A DNA stretch of 64,000 nucleotides from Ostrea edulis (lineage: Eukaryota). The stretch lies in NCBI RefSeq assembly GCF_947568905.1, contig NC_079170.1, positions 42,470,001 through 42,534,000 on the forward strand. The letters are read 5' to 3'. Of this stretch, positions 40,243-51,657 are shown one piece after another. Under the pieces are notes generated by a model. It did not search any database, had not been told where the DNA came from, and was given only the letters and a program-made list of their open reading frames with translations. A program made the position numbers and the translations under genes. Positions within the stretch are counted from its first letter, which is position 1. Each line of letters starts with the position of its first letter.

Positions 40243-40509
40243 GTTTTCACTAACACGAAAATCTGGTGCTACAGAATCACCAGCTTGATTTGCGCACTTC
40301 CGGTGTCCTTCTGCTGGGGAGTCTATTTTGCATGTTTTGCGTTCCACAACATATGGCTATTGATGCCATGCCTGAAAGCCTATGGAATGAACCTACGGTT
40401 ACTTCGATCCTGTTTCAACAGCATTATAGAGACATTCGTCAAGCCCTGCTACCTGGCGGCTGGTTATATTTTCTACAACATCAGGATAACGAAAGGAAGT
40501 GGGGACTGA
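40243..40509 (+). CDS. CAV: Caveolin, coding exon 3 (intramembrane and C-terminal region)
   Basis: ttttcctttcag|VFTNTKIWCYRITSLICALPVSFCWGVYFACFAFHNIWLLMPCLK...FYNIRITKGSGD*, 267 nt. Typical caveolin T-K-x-W-x-Y-R and WG..FA..F..IW...P motifs. Candidate AATAAA at 40782-40787. Confidence 0.93.
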   Translation, partial: VFTNTKIWCYRITSLICALPVSFCWGVYFACFAFHNIWLLMPCLKAYGMNLRLLRSCFNSIIETFVKPCYLAAGYIFYNIRITKGSGD

Positions 40510-40899
40510 TCTCAGAAGTGTTTCTGTGCGCATGTGTGAAATTTTCGTAACTGTGTACATAATATATGACCTGATGCAATACCGGCGACTCGATCATCTT
40601 TTGTCTAACATATCTTTATTTTTCAAATTGAAAGATTCTCATATGTAATTATTCGGTTTCATATCTAATAACTTTAATGTTTGTATGTGAACTGTATTGT
40701 TATCACACGCATCCTGGGACTTGAACTCTCTCCTACGGTGAGTGTCTTACTTGTGACATATTGATGTGTAATGTACATATGAATAAAGATTATGTATATA
40801 TATATGTAAAAAAAAAAATCTCTCGACTTAATGCCGTGAAAATTCTTGTGTTCGGGTTGTTCATTACAGCGTAATCAGAATATCCCGGCTACAGGTATT

Positions 40900-41195
40900 G
40901 ATATTCACCATGTGTTTGGTCGTTTTACGCCCCTTCACAAAATATTTACTCATATGTAGAGGTCACCTGCTGTAGGCTTAAACCTATGCTTAGCACAGAG
41001 GACCGTGGTAGTAAAGGTTCTGTAACGTGTCAACGCCTGCCGCGACACGGGACCTCCGTTTTTAAGGTCATATCCAAAATACCCGGGATTCTCATTTCTC
41101 AATGTCGAGTGTTTGGCGAAGGAACAATCACTACCTAGATTTCACGCGGCCATGACACGAGTGAGGCTCGAACTCGTGACCTCCCGGTTAGTCAA
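40900..41195 (-). mobile_element. Older diverged copy of the tRNA-headed SINE
   Basis: Minus strand reads gagttcgagcc (B-box-like), ...aggtagtgattgttcc...gatatgaccttaaaa...cgtgtcgcggcaggcgttgacacg, colinear with the 43434 copy. Ends are uncertain. Confidence 0.6.
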
Positions 41196-42275
41196 ATACT
41201 ACAGTCAGTGTGTTCAAAATATACAGATTAAACAATACAATGTAGTCAACATATTAATATTCTTACTAAGGAGTAGTCAAAATATTCATACTATTCATTA
41301 TCACTACGACAAAGTATTTAGGCTATTCAATGTGGTAAAATGGCTATTCCCTACAGGAGTTTGATGTACACGTATGTACCAGAGTAAAACTAGTCCGAGT
41401 TTCGGGAAATCCCCTCTTTATCAGTCACTCACCGGTGTTTCCTATAGGATACACACATAATTGGCTATCACCAATGGAATGCATGGATACAGTGTGCAAG
41501 CACAGCCAGACGTGTTCGACGTGCACCGTCGTTTAGGTAATGCTAGAAAAACACAGATATGATTAAAATGACGATTGAGAGAAAGAATCCAACTTTGTAC
41601 TTTGCTTTCAAAATCAGCATTGAAGTTCGACACATTTATGGTAGAAGACTCAGTGATGAATAACTAATATAATGAAACTCACCAGACGTGTTCTTCACTG
41701 AGAGGGGGTATTTTATATTTTTGATTTTAAATAAAGCGACACTTGTGAAAATTGTGATTTTCAATCATGGATTTTGTGTGTATGACGTTATGTATTGATG
41801 TGTATTTGTAAAACCATCAAGCATGCACAAATACTTGATTTGTTAGTACACAGTTTCGGATATATTATTACAATTTTGCAGCGGATAGGATGAAATAATT
41901 TTCGTGACCGCCATATTGTTTATCCGGAATACCTTTGAACATAACATTGAGTCTGATCAACTTTGCCATTCTTTCCGGGTGTTATGGAGTCAAAGAATTG
42001 TAACCCAATACACCTTACAACGCTTTCTCTACCTATGTATCCAACTGTTCTATGGTAACTTTATGTTGCTTTTGAAATATCCGAGATCAAATTTGTCTGG
42101 GAACAACCACTCACAGAGATCGACTATCTATCATCTGAGTTTACATAAATGAATAATTGGAAGTACATGGTATCAAATAAATTCAACAACGAAGCGAAAT
42201 TAATGTTGAATAGATATTACGAAACTGAAACTAAGATATAAAACTGAGATCCAGCACACCCATGCAATTGAACTA

Positions 42276-43130
42276 CTCAATTTCTACCCAGAGTTATCGT
42301 TCCTTACACTCCCACAGGGCTTAAATATACCTGTTAACATTTCAAAATTAGCAATGCTATTCTCCGCGTAAATCCACTTTTTCGCGGTTAATAAAAATAA
42401 AACTAAGAACTACTTTATGAAATATGTATGGAAAATGTAGGGTAACTTATTGTAGTTTTTATTTCCTGTTACAATACATTCTACCTACATAGTGCAATAG
42501 AACAATATTCGCGTATCAACACAATTAATTCAAAGCTTTTTGTGTCACTGAAAGACTTAACATCTGCTTAATATTGATTTATCTACGTATATTTTTGCAA
42601 CCGAAGTCGAAACCGTATTTTGAACGTTTTTACCGTAAGTACAAGAATCTGAAATATGTGACTGTAAGGAACGATAACTCTGGGTAGAGATTGTATGTGC
42701 GAGTGTTAGGAACGATAACTCTGGGTAGAGATTGTGTGTTTGAGTGTGAGGAACGATAAATCTGGGTAGAGATTGTGTGTCGGAGTGTTAGGAACGATAA
42801 GGCTGGGTAGAGATTGTGTGTCTGGGTGTGAGGAACGATAAGGCTGGGTAGAGATTGTGTGTCTGATAAGGCTGGGTAGAGATTGTGTGTCTGGGTGTGA
42901 GGAACGATAAGGCTGGGTAGAGATTGTGTGTCTGGGTGTGAGGAACGATAAGGCTGGGAAGAGATTGTGTGTCTGGGTGTGAGGAACGATAAGGCTGGGT
43001 AGATATTATGTGTCTGGGTGTTAGGAACAAGTCTGGGTAGAGATTGTGTGTCTGGGTGTAAGGTACGATAACTCTGGGTAGAGATTGTGTGTCTGGGTGT
43101 AAGGAACGACAAGTCTGGGTAGAGAGTGGG
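42276..43130. mobile_element. 855-bp TA-flanked TIR element whose right terminus is expanded into a 41-bp minisatellite
   Basis: TA at 42274-42275 and 43131-43132. The left end (ctcaatttctacccagagttatcgttccttacac) is the inverse of the right end. About 11 copies of ctgggtagagattgtgtgtctgggtgtgaggaacgataagg at 42663-43125. Absent from the MT-B unit. Confidence 0.7.
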
Positions 43131-43433
43131 TACCATGATTTCTAACAAAATGTCGGACAGGACGCTGCATGCAGGTGGTATTATGTTTGAAATGTGTGAA
43201 TTCTCTCTCTCGGTATATATGTACAAGCTTGTCACACAACGAAGACTCTCAGACTTTAATCAAGTCTCCTGCGTTCAAACTTCACTGAAACATTCTGCTA
43301 TCATACATAGTGCATGTATTCTGGTCAGTGTCACGAACTGAAATAAGAGAAATGGAGCAATGAATGACGTTTTTTCTTCTTCAGGAAACCACTTCAGTGT
43401 TTTTAAAACACCAAGCTTTCTCTAGACGGGCTA

Positions 43434-43740
43434 CCGCCACAGTGGTCTAGAAGTAGAATGTTCGGCTCGCATGCGGAAGGTCGGGGTTCGAATCCCGACC
43501 ACGACAGACCTAAAAGTCTTTAAAACAGGTAGTGACAGTTCCATCACCAAACGGCATCAGGTATGAATGTCACGGGTCCTCAGAGATGACCTTAAAACAT
43601 ATTTCACGTGTCACAGTAGGTGTGGCATGCTAAAGAACCCTCAACGGACGTAAGCGCCGAGCATGTCCTTCTCCGATATTGGTGATGTCTCCATAAGAGT
43701 ATACAATTCTTGAGAGGGACGCTAAACAAGATACAATCAA
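43434..43740 (+). mobile_element. tRNA-derived SINE with 15-bp TSD
   Basis: TSD tctctagacgggcta at 43419-43433 and 43741-43755. A-box-like tggtctagaagtag, B-box ggttcgaatcc, tail atacaatcaa. Confidence 0.88.
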
Positions 43741-44241
43741 TCTCTAGACGGGCTATCCATACCAAATTGTTGAAATTTTCGAGTTATAATTTTATTTTGT
43801 CTGTTATTTCGAGTTTATGTGCGTGACTTTAATCTGTTGTGGATTATAACTAGAAACACGGTTGAAGTAAGCCATCTCTATCAAGAAAGCCGTCACTAAA
43901 CATTTGCCTTCTCAGGATGAAGGCAAATAGATGTTTTATTTGTTAATAAATCACTCCAATACAAGATCTCTCTGAACCATATGGGCTTATATAGATGAAC
44001 ATATACTGGTTTCATTTGTGTAGCCATGAGCCCAACACGATAGTTCAATTCATGCTTAATTCATTTTTAAAAAAAATCAGCATAAACATTCATCCAAAGA
44101 AAATCAGCCTACATGTAATACATTTTACATGCAATTCTGCCTCATAAAAAAAATACAAATCTGGATAATGAAGAATGTGCGTTTATTGTTATGTACACTA
44201 TTTACAAATGAATGATGACTTTTCAGGCGACCATTAATTCA

Positions 44242-44824
44242 CTATTTGCAGCTACATCCCGAATCAGCAGCACATTTGCAAGTGTCAGGTCCAGTACATC
44301 CTACTCCGCATGCGCAGGTACCTGTTGGAAGGAGTAAAATTAGTTCTCAGAAATTCCGTCTTTTCGAATGGTCAAAACATTTTAGATTAATAAATCCTTT
44401 AATATTCATAGTCTTGATGAAATTAATAAGGAATTTATAAGGAATAAACTTAATATTTTTTCATTGGATGGAAGTAAACCAAAAACCAAAAACACGGAAA
44501 ACTTTGCGTTATGCGCAACGATGCAGTTTTTAGTTGCTTTTTTTCTGTTGTTTTTTTCCCCTTTCATTCCCTAAATAACTTACTGTTGCATTTACAAACA
44601 ATCTGACATCCGGGACATTTACAGCCGGCTCCACATTTACACCCAGAAGCACAATTACACCCAGTGGATGGACAGGTGTCTGAACACAGACAATTTCCCG
44701 CTAGAAAAAAAAAAACAACAACGTAAATTAGTCTAACGGTCAAAGAGCGATAACTCGGATTAGTCACAGAAATTGGATTTATTAAAACAGACTTACTTGT
44801 CTTGCAGTTACATGGGTCAGACAT
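44242..44824 (-). CDS. MT: Metallothionein MT-A (74 aa, 21 Cys)
   Basis: Exons 44797-44824, 44584-44700, 44242-44321 (28+117+80 nt, GT-AG, phase 1). Protein: [74 protein letters not shown]. Confidence 0.96.
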
Positions 44825-45019
44825 TTTTATTTCAGATGAATCTGGAAAAGAATTAAAAAGATTCATTCAAATTAAATTTCATCATGTGACCAGGCCACGT
44901 AATCATGTTGATTACAGTGTATATTAAACACGTCTTTCGAATTTCTAACTAACGTGACATACATTTAACTTGGATAAATTTAAAATTAAGAGAGAGAAAA
45001 AAAGAAGACATTGGCCTAC

Positions 45020-45167
45020 CTTTGATCAGAGAAACTATACAAGTCCTTGTTCAGGGATGTGTCTGTCTTCTAGGCGGGATGTATAATGTATATAGAACGT
45101 ATGCACACGTTATACAAAATATTCAGTGTCGAGTGCAAAGTAATGACTGTATACAGTATCGTGTGCA
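45020..45167 (-). promoter_or_regulatory. MT-A promoter and non-coding first exon: TATA + 3 MREs
   Basis: TGCRCNC cores at 45102-45108, 45131-45137, 45161-45167. TATATA at 45089-45094. Donor AAAG|gtaggc at 45020 and acceptor ttttccag| 17 nt before the ATG imply a 5'UTR intron at 44842-45019 (inferred). Confidence 0.8.
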
Positions 45168-47760
45168 AATTTGAGAATAAAGTCTAGGGGCGAATATTGA
45201 TGGAAAAGAATGTATAGAAATAAACACACTGAGCTGCGTAGTTATGCATTAGGCCTATTCTTCTCGTTCTTCTCGTACTATGGACATTACACAACGACCG
45301 CTTAAAGCACTAAAGTTATTCGATCTCGTGGCAATGAATATTGTATAGGGCCTAATAATATTATGATGTATATATAAATACGGTAGTCTCATGGGAAAAT
45401 AAAAGACATTCACATACATAATATATCATCGCAATCTCTATTTTTTTTTATGAAGAAGACACATTGCAACATTTAAAAAAAAACCCGACATAGATGTAAA
45501 ATCTAGTACATAATATTATATTTGTTTATAAGTGTTAAATATCTTGACGAAAAACACCAAGTGTGATTAGTAAAGTTAGATATTCTTTCGTCTGAAATGA
45601 ATTTAAAAAAAAACAAAAACTTTTTCACCAAAAAATTCCATAAATTAGAAAATGTGAAAGTCACTCAGAATATGCGCTAAATGTCAGTAATGAGTAACTA
45701 TGATATATGAAAACATTACAGAAGTGTTCCTCAGATATTTAATTGTACATAGCTAAAACGACACCTGTGAAAACTTGATATTGTCATTTCAAATCAAAGA
45801 AATGCATATTGTGTGTATGACGATATATTTAAAATATTTTTTTGTAAAATCATTAACCATGTACATTCTACATTCAATAGGCTAATAAACAGTTTCGAAT
45901 AATTTATCATAAATTTGGTCGTATCTAATGCAGTGGACAAGGATGAAATGATTTTCGTGACCGCCATATTTTTTTCTCCAAAAAACATTAAACTAGGACA
46001 CCTTGTCCAATCGGAACATTCTCTGATCTAGTCAGAGAGATACACACCATATCAGGAGAAGAGTACCAATTTATTTCCCATAGACCTCAATACCAACGAT
46101 CTACCCTCTCACTAATTAACTAACTATAAAATAAAAGTTTAGACAAATGGCTGCCAAAACTTAAGAGAGTTCATTCCAAGTACTAATAAAAAAAAAAAAA
46201 CCCATCAAAACTTGTGTAGGGACCTGTTGCTTTTACATGTCATGTTTGTACTTTTTACAATACATACACAAAACGATCTGTACAGTGAACTACACCCTTC
46301 ATTTCAAACACACCCCTACCATGTTAATTTCTAATTTTAAATAGTTTAGCCATTCACGCAACACATAGACATTTATATCTCTGCTCTATCTTAGGTAAAC
46401 TGCGTCAGGGTTGTACGCATTCGGGGTGGGGGTAGGTGGGGTGACACTCTTATCCGACCTCTTATCCGTTCTCTACCTAAGTAACTAACTGTTCTGTTTT
46501 CATTTAGTTGATGAAATTTCCAACATCTGATTTGTCTAGGAGCAACCATTAACAGAGATCGACTCGCTATCATATGAGTGTACACGAGTAAATAATTGAA
46601 AGTATCAATTAAATTCAACAACAATGACGAAAACATATCACGAAACTGAAACTAGGATAAAACAAAAAACAAAAATACTTAGATCCACCACACTTCATGT
46701 GTCAACTCATGTACTGGAACTCACTGATTGATGTTTTGATACCACGCCTTTTAGCGAAATGTCGGACAAGACGCTCGGGATGGTTTTATGTTAGAATTCA
46801 GTCATGGGTAGTATGTACATACGAAGACAGCCAGACTTTTAAGCGAGTGTCCTGCATTCAAACCTCATTGACCACTGAAACATTCTGCCATCATGTAAAA
46901 TGCATGTATTCTGGCCAGTGTCACTAAAGAGGCATTGCCTGTGAAAAACATGGCACCAATTTTTTTCTCTCTCAAAACTTCTCAATGTCAAAGGCATATA
47001 CATATGTATGTGAATGACGAATAAAAAGATTTATTTTGTACAAAAACAAGAGAAACCCAATAAAACCACGTCAGATAACCGAGAAGAATTATTGTCAACT
47101 CAGCAAGACAATAATTATTTAATCACCAAAAAAAAAACAAAACAAAAAAAAAACCCCACATATTCATGTGCGGCCTGTTTTTAGGTTAAAAGGTGTTTGA
47201 AATAATTAAATACTGGTGTTATTACTGAAATATATAATATAGAGCAATTCAATGTTTGGTGACAAAATGACAGCTAATGCCCCTTTAACTAGAACAACTG
47301 AAGCATTTGGAATTGTGTTTATCTTTAGGAAAAGAATTCGGTGTTTAAAACTCCCAGCTGTCAGTAGATTGACAATCCATTCCAAGATGTTGAAATTTCC
47401 AGTTACAATTCTATTTTGTCTGCTATTTAAAGTAACTAGAAACACGGTTGAGGGTAAGCCATTTTTGATAAGAAAGCCGCCACTGAACCGTTGTCTCCTC
47501 GGGATGAAGACACATAAATGAACCATATGGGCATATATGCTGGTCCCATCTGTGCAGCCTTGCGCCCAACACGATACTTAAATTGTATTATGCTTTATTC
47601 ATGAAAAATCAGAGTGTAAAGTTGAAACAATGAAACCAATGCACTGTAACAACCTCACTAAAATAAAAACAAAAAACATTTTGATCGTGAAGAATGTGCG
47701 TTTATTGTTATGTACACTATTTACAAATGAATGATGACTTTTCAGGCGACCATTAATGCA

Positions 47761-48174
47761 CTATTTGCAGCTACATCCCGAATCAGCAGCACATTTGCAA
47801 GTGTCAGGTCCAGTACACCCTACTCCGCATGCACAGGTACCTGTTGGAAGGAGTGCAGTTTAGAAGTTGAACAAAACTTTCTTATTTAATTTTTTTTTTA
47901 GAATATTAATGAACCAGAAATTATAGATTAAGAAGTATAAAAACTTACCGTTGCATTTACAAACAATCTGACATCCGGGACATTTACAGCCGGCTCCACA
48001 TTTACACCCAGAACCACAATTACACCCAGTGGAAGGACAGGTGTCTGAACACAGGCAATTTCCCGCTAGAGAGAAAAATGTAAATTAGTCTAATGGTCAA
48101 AGAGCGATAACTCGGATTAGTCACAGAATATTAAAACAGGACTTACTTGTCTTGCAGTTACATGGGTCAGGCAT
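47761..48174 (-). CDS. MT: Metallothionein MT-B (74 aa)
   Basis: Exons 48147-48174, 47949-48065, 47761-47840. Differs from MT-A by P2, G27, G49. Confidence 0.96.
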
Positions 48175-48381
48175 TTTTAATTCAAGTGAATCTGGAAAAA
48201 AAAAATGAATTTAATTTAATTTCAATACGTATGATGTTATGGTCCGTCCACGGAATTTTGTCGATTAATTTCCATCACGTCGACAATATTTTACAGTAAC
48301 TTATCCGACTAATATTGTGCCTACATGTATGTGAACAGTAGTATGGGTAAACTAATAATAAAAAAACCCATACAAACCTAC

Positions 48382-48520
48382 CTTCGTTCAGAGAAAATAT
48401 ACAATTCCTCGTTCAGACAAGGTGGATGAATAATGTATAATTATATAGAACGTATGCACACGTTATACAAAATATTCAGTTTCGGGTGCAAAGTATTGAC
48501 CGTATACAGTTTCGTGTGCA
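48382..48520 (-). promoter_or_regulatory. MT-B promoter: TATA + 3 MREs
   Basis: MREs at 48455-48461, 48484-48490, 48514-48520. TATATAA at 48441-48447. UTR-exon donor at 48382. Confidence 0.8.
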
Positions 48521-50589
48521 AAGTTGGGAATAAACTCTATGGGCGGATTGAGAAGAAAGAACGGATTGAGAAGAAAGAATGTATATATATGCATTAAAAC
48601 TATGAAGGAGTACAGATATCACGCAGAAATGTATTGATAATATGTTGGTTTCTAATCTTGTAACTTTTTATTTATATGTGAAGTTTCAAATAAAACGGTC
48701 TTCACGTCGAATTCGTACAGTTTGCATCCTTATCTCGTGACAGTGAATTTAATGAATATTGTTGTGTAACTATAAATAGTTTTATAAGTGGATAGAATCC
48801 TTATACAGTACACAGTTATAATCGTAGTCTCTATTTTGCTTTGGACAAATCTTAGTAAAAAACACCAAATTTAATTGGTACATGTATGTAGGCCTACATC
48901 TAATTTTATTTTATAATATTCCTTATTTTGGATTAAATAAAAATATTGTGCCATAAAGATCGAATTCAATGAATTAATGTCCCACAGTCACTCAAAATGT
49001 TTGGTTTTGTTCAGGTAAATTTTAAAAATCTGTAATTTTTTAAATGCTTTGTCAGTGATAACATAATTATGTACTTCATTTCGTTATCTATATAGCTACC
49101 TGTACATAAACTGACAATGTAAGGTGTAATTAAGATAATAAAGATATAATTATCTGGTATCTTGCTATACTAATATTCATACACAAGGTGGGATTTTTAT
49201 CTACTTTATGTCATTATCACCACGTAGTCTGTCCAACTCCCCGCGACAGGTGAACATTCGGATGCAGAAGGGCTAATTACACTGATCGGGAGCGATGATT
49301 GGTAGACATTATCGGAGTGTAAATCCGACTCAATCACCCAATAATTACGACACCTCGTCATTTCCCCTAAGCTCAAGAAAATAACGTAAGTCTACTCTGA
49401 TAGCATGCAGTAATGTCTTCTAAATCAGGAAGATATTATTTGTGTATTTTACTGCATTACGCAGCAGATGATAAACGGAGATTTCCCTTACATAGAGATC
49501 ATATTGCGAGGTTGACTTTATCACTATCCATTTTTTTACTGCGCAAATGTTAAACCAGATTGAATAAAGTACAATGTGCATATAACTATGCACAAAGGGG
49601 GACTTTTGCTCACGATACTGAATAATTGTATATATGTATGCGCATGTTCTCCAAATAGTCATGTGCAAACACTTTTGTAGGAGTACGTGTATACAGCGTC
49701 GTGTGCAAATTGAAAATCGTCAACTCAGTCTGAATAATGCATTGATGCAAAGAAAATGAATTTAGTTAATTAGTTAACTAATTAAAGCCAGATACACTGT
49801 AGATGACCCATTTCATTACATTTATTCACTCCCACCATTCGCAATGGAATGCAAGGTACATAGGTATGATTTTATAATTATATAAACAATACTGACAAGA
49901 GTAAACATTCTAAAAATAATACATGCACATTTTTGCTACAACAATTGCATGATGAAACGCGAAGGTAACAAAGCGTGATCAAACTCATAACTGCTATAAG
50001 CAATACAAAATAAAGGGAAGGGCAAACACGAACCCCTGGATCAGTACACCAGAGGTGGGATCAAGTACCCAGGAGGAGTCAGCATCCCCTCCCGACCGAT
50101 CACGCATACCACATCAATTATATCAAATGATCTTGGTAAGGATGGGCGCCTTTTCATTGAAAGCTTCTCGTAATTGTCATTCACATCAGGTGCGTTTGTA
50201 GGAACTCATCCCCAGATTCAAACATGTTTGACTCGGCCATAATTTCTATTTGAAGACAAAAGTCTGCCTTTGTTGCTAATCATAAATTAGCAGATACTAT
50301 GTGGTGTTTCCATTTTCAACATTTTTGATCTTTTAATCAAGTACACAAAGGGGAAAAGACCGGGTTTGTCCCACGTGTTTGATTTTTCAAGTATATTTTA
50401 TCTACTGGCGCCAACCACATGAATCTTAAACACATAAGGAATCTCTACTTTTAATTTCACTTATTTATTTCGTCAATAAAATCACAGAATATGAAAAAAG
50501 ATATGAAAATATGGATTATAGTCAATATTATGTGTGTATTGTTGTCTATGTATGAATGAATATCGCCTGTTCATGCGACCATTAATTCA

Positions 50590-51035
50590 CTATTTGCAGC
50601 TACATCCCGAATCAGCAGCACATTTGCACGTGTCGGGTCCAGTACACCCAACTCCGCATGCACAGGAACCTGTTGAAAGGAGTGTACAGATTTAATATTT
50701 AAACATAGTTGTACAAGTTACCAAAATCTTCATATTTATTATCAGTAAGGATTTGAAAATAAATCGTTGTGTAAAAACTTACCGTTGCATTTACAAACAA
50801 TCTGGCATCCGGGACATTTACAGTCGGCTCCACATTTACACCCAGAAGCACAATTACACCCAGTGGAGGGACAGGTGTCTGAACACTGACAATTTCCCGC
50901 TAGACAGAAAAATGTGTTACATTGTATAGATACAGCCTAACACTCAAAGAGCGATAACTCGGAATAGTTGTACAGAAAATAGATTGAAATTGTAAGATAG
51001 GGCTTACTTTTCTTGCAGTTACATGGATCAGCCAT
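50590..51035 (-). CDS. MT: Metallothionein MT-C (74 aa)
   Basis: Exons 51008-51035, 50783-50899, 50590-50669. Differs from MT-A by A2, K9, Q14, D35, G49, S50. Confidence 0.96.
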
Positions 51036-51219
51036 TTTTATCTTCAGATGAATCTGGAAAAGAATGACTTTAATTGAATTGATGTTTTGGTCCGTTGATG
51101 TTATTGTGTTGATTTTATTGATCACTTCTACAATATTTCACTGAAAATTATCCGACTAATTAAGCATACAAATGTAACTTGTATACGATAATAATAATTA
51201 AAAATCGACACATGCCTAC

Positions 51220-51339
51220 CTTTGATCAATTAAAGTATACAATTCCTCGTCCAGGGACGTGTTTGTGATCAAGGCGGAATGAATAAAGTATAATATAGAA
51301 CGTATGCACACGTTATACAAATATACAGTATCGTGTGCA
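51220..51339 (-). promoter_or_regulatory. MT-C promoter: TATA-like + 2 MREs
   Basis: MREs at 51305-51311 and 51333-51339. UTR-exon donor at 51220. Confidence 0.78.
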
Positions 51340-51499
51340 AAGTTGTGAATAAACTCTAGGGGCGGATTCAGAGAAAAGAATGTATATATTCAGTAAAACT
51401 ACGAAGCAAAGATATCACGTAGAAACTTTCTGATATTACATTATTGTTTTCTACCCTTAATAAAAAAATTAAAAGTAAAATTTGAAATAAAATGGTTTT

Positions 51500-51657
51500 G
51501 GAAGAGAGAGAAGTTCTTCTTTCTTTCTCAAACCACACATACCTTCAGCTCATATGCTTTGTTTTTTTCCCCTTCTTCTCTGGATATAATATTATTGTAT
51601 ATCTGATATACCGGTATGTGTACAAAAATAAAAAATTATAAAAAAAAAATAAAAATA
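51500..51657 (+). mobile_element. 158-bp A-tailed retroposed insert with 15-bp TSD upstream of MT-C
   Basis: aaataaaatggtttt at 51485-51499 and 51658-51672. A-rich tail at 51623-51657. Empty site upstream of MT-D (~54520) and MT-B (~48688). Confidence 0.7.

Larger units (their letters stand above)
42366..50485. repeat. Left arm of large inverted duplication (contains MT-A and MT-B)
   Basis: The reverse complement of the last window bases equals gcgtaaatccacttttt... at 42366. Homology is continuous to ...aataaaatcac at 50485, which mirrors 55743. Confidence 0.95.

Noticed and set aside
40266-40550. 94-aa ORF MLQNHQLD...
   Set aside because: Alternative frame overlapping the caveolin last exon.
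42630-43239. 201-aa and related Pro/Thr/His-rich ORFs, mirrored at 63228-63727
   Set aside because: Arise from the 41-bp minisatellite. The mirror copies differ in repeat number and frame.
44246-44440. 64-aa ORF conserved at 62019-62213
   Set aside because: Antisense to MT exon 3 and intron. It is conserved only because of the inverted duplication.
44745-44763. MT intron-1 motif gagcgataactcgg resembling the 41-bp satellite and the MITE TIR
   Set aside because: Only ~9 bp matches, which is expected by chance.
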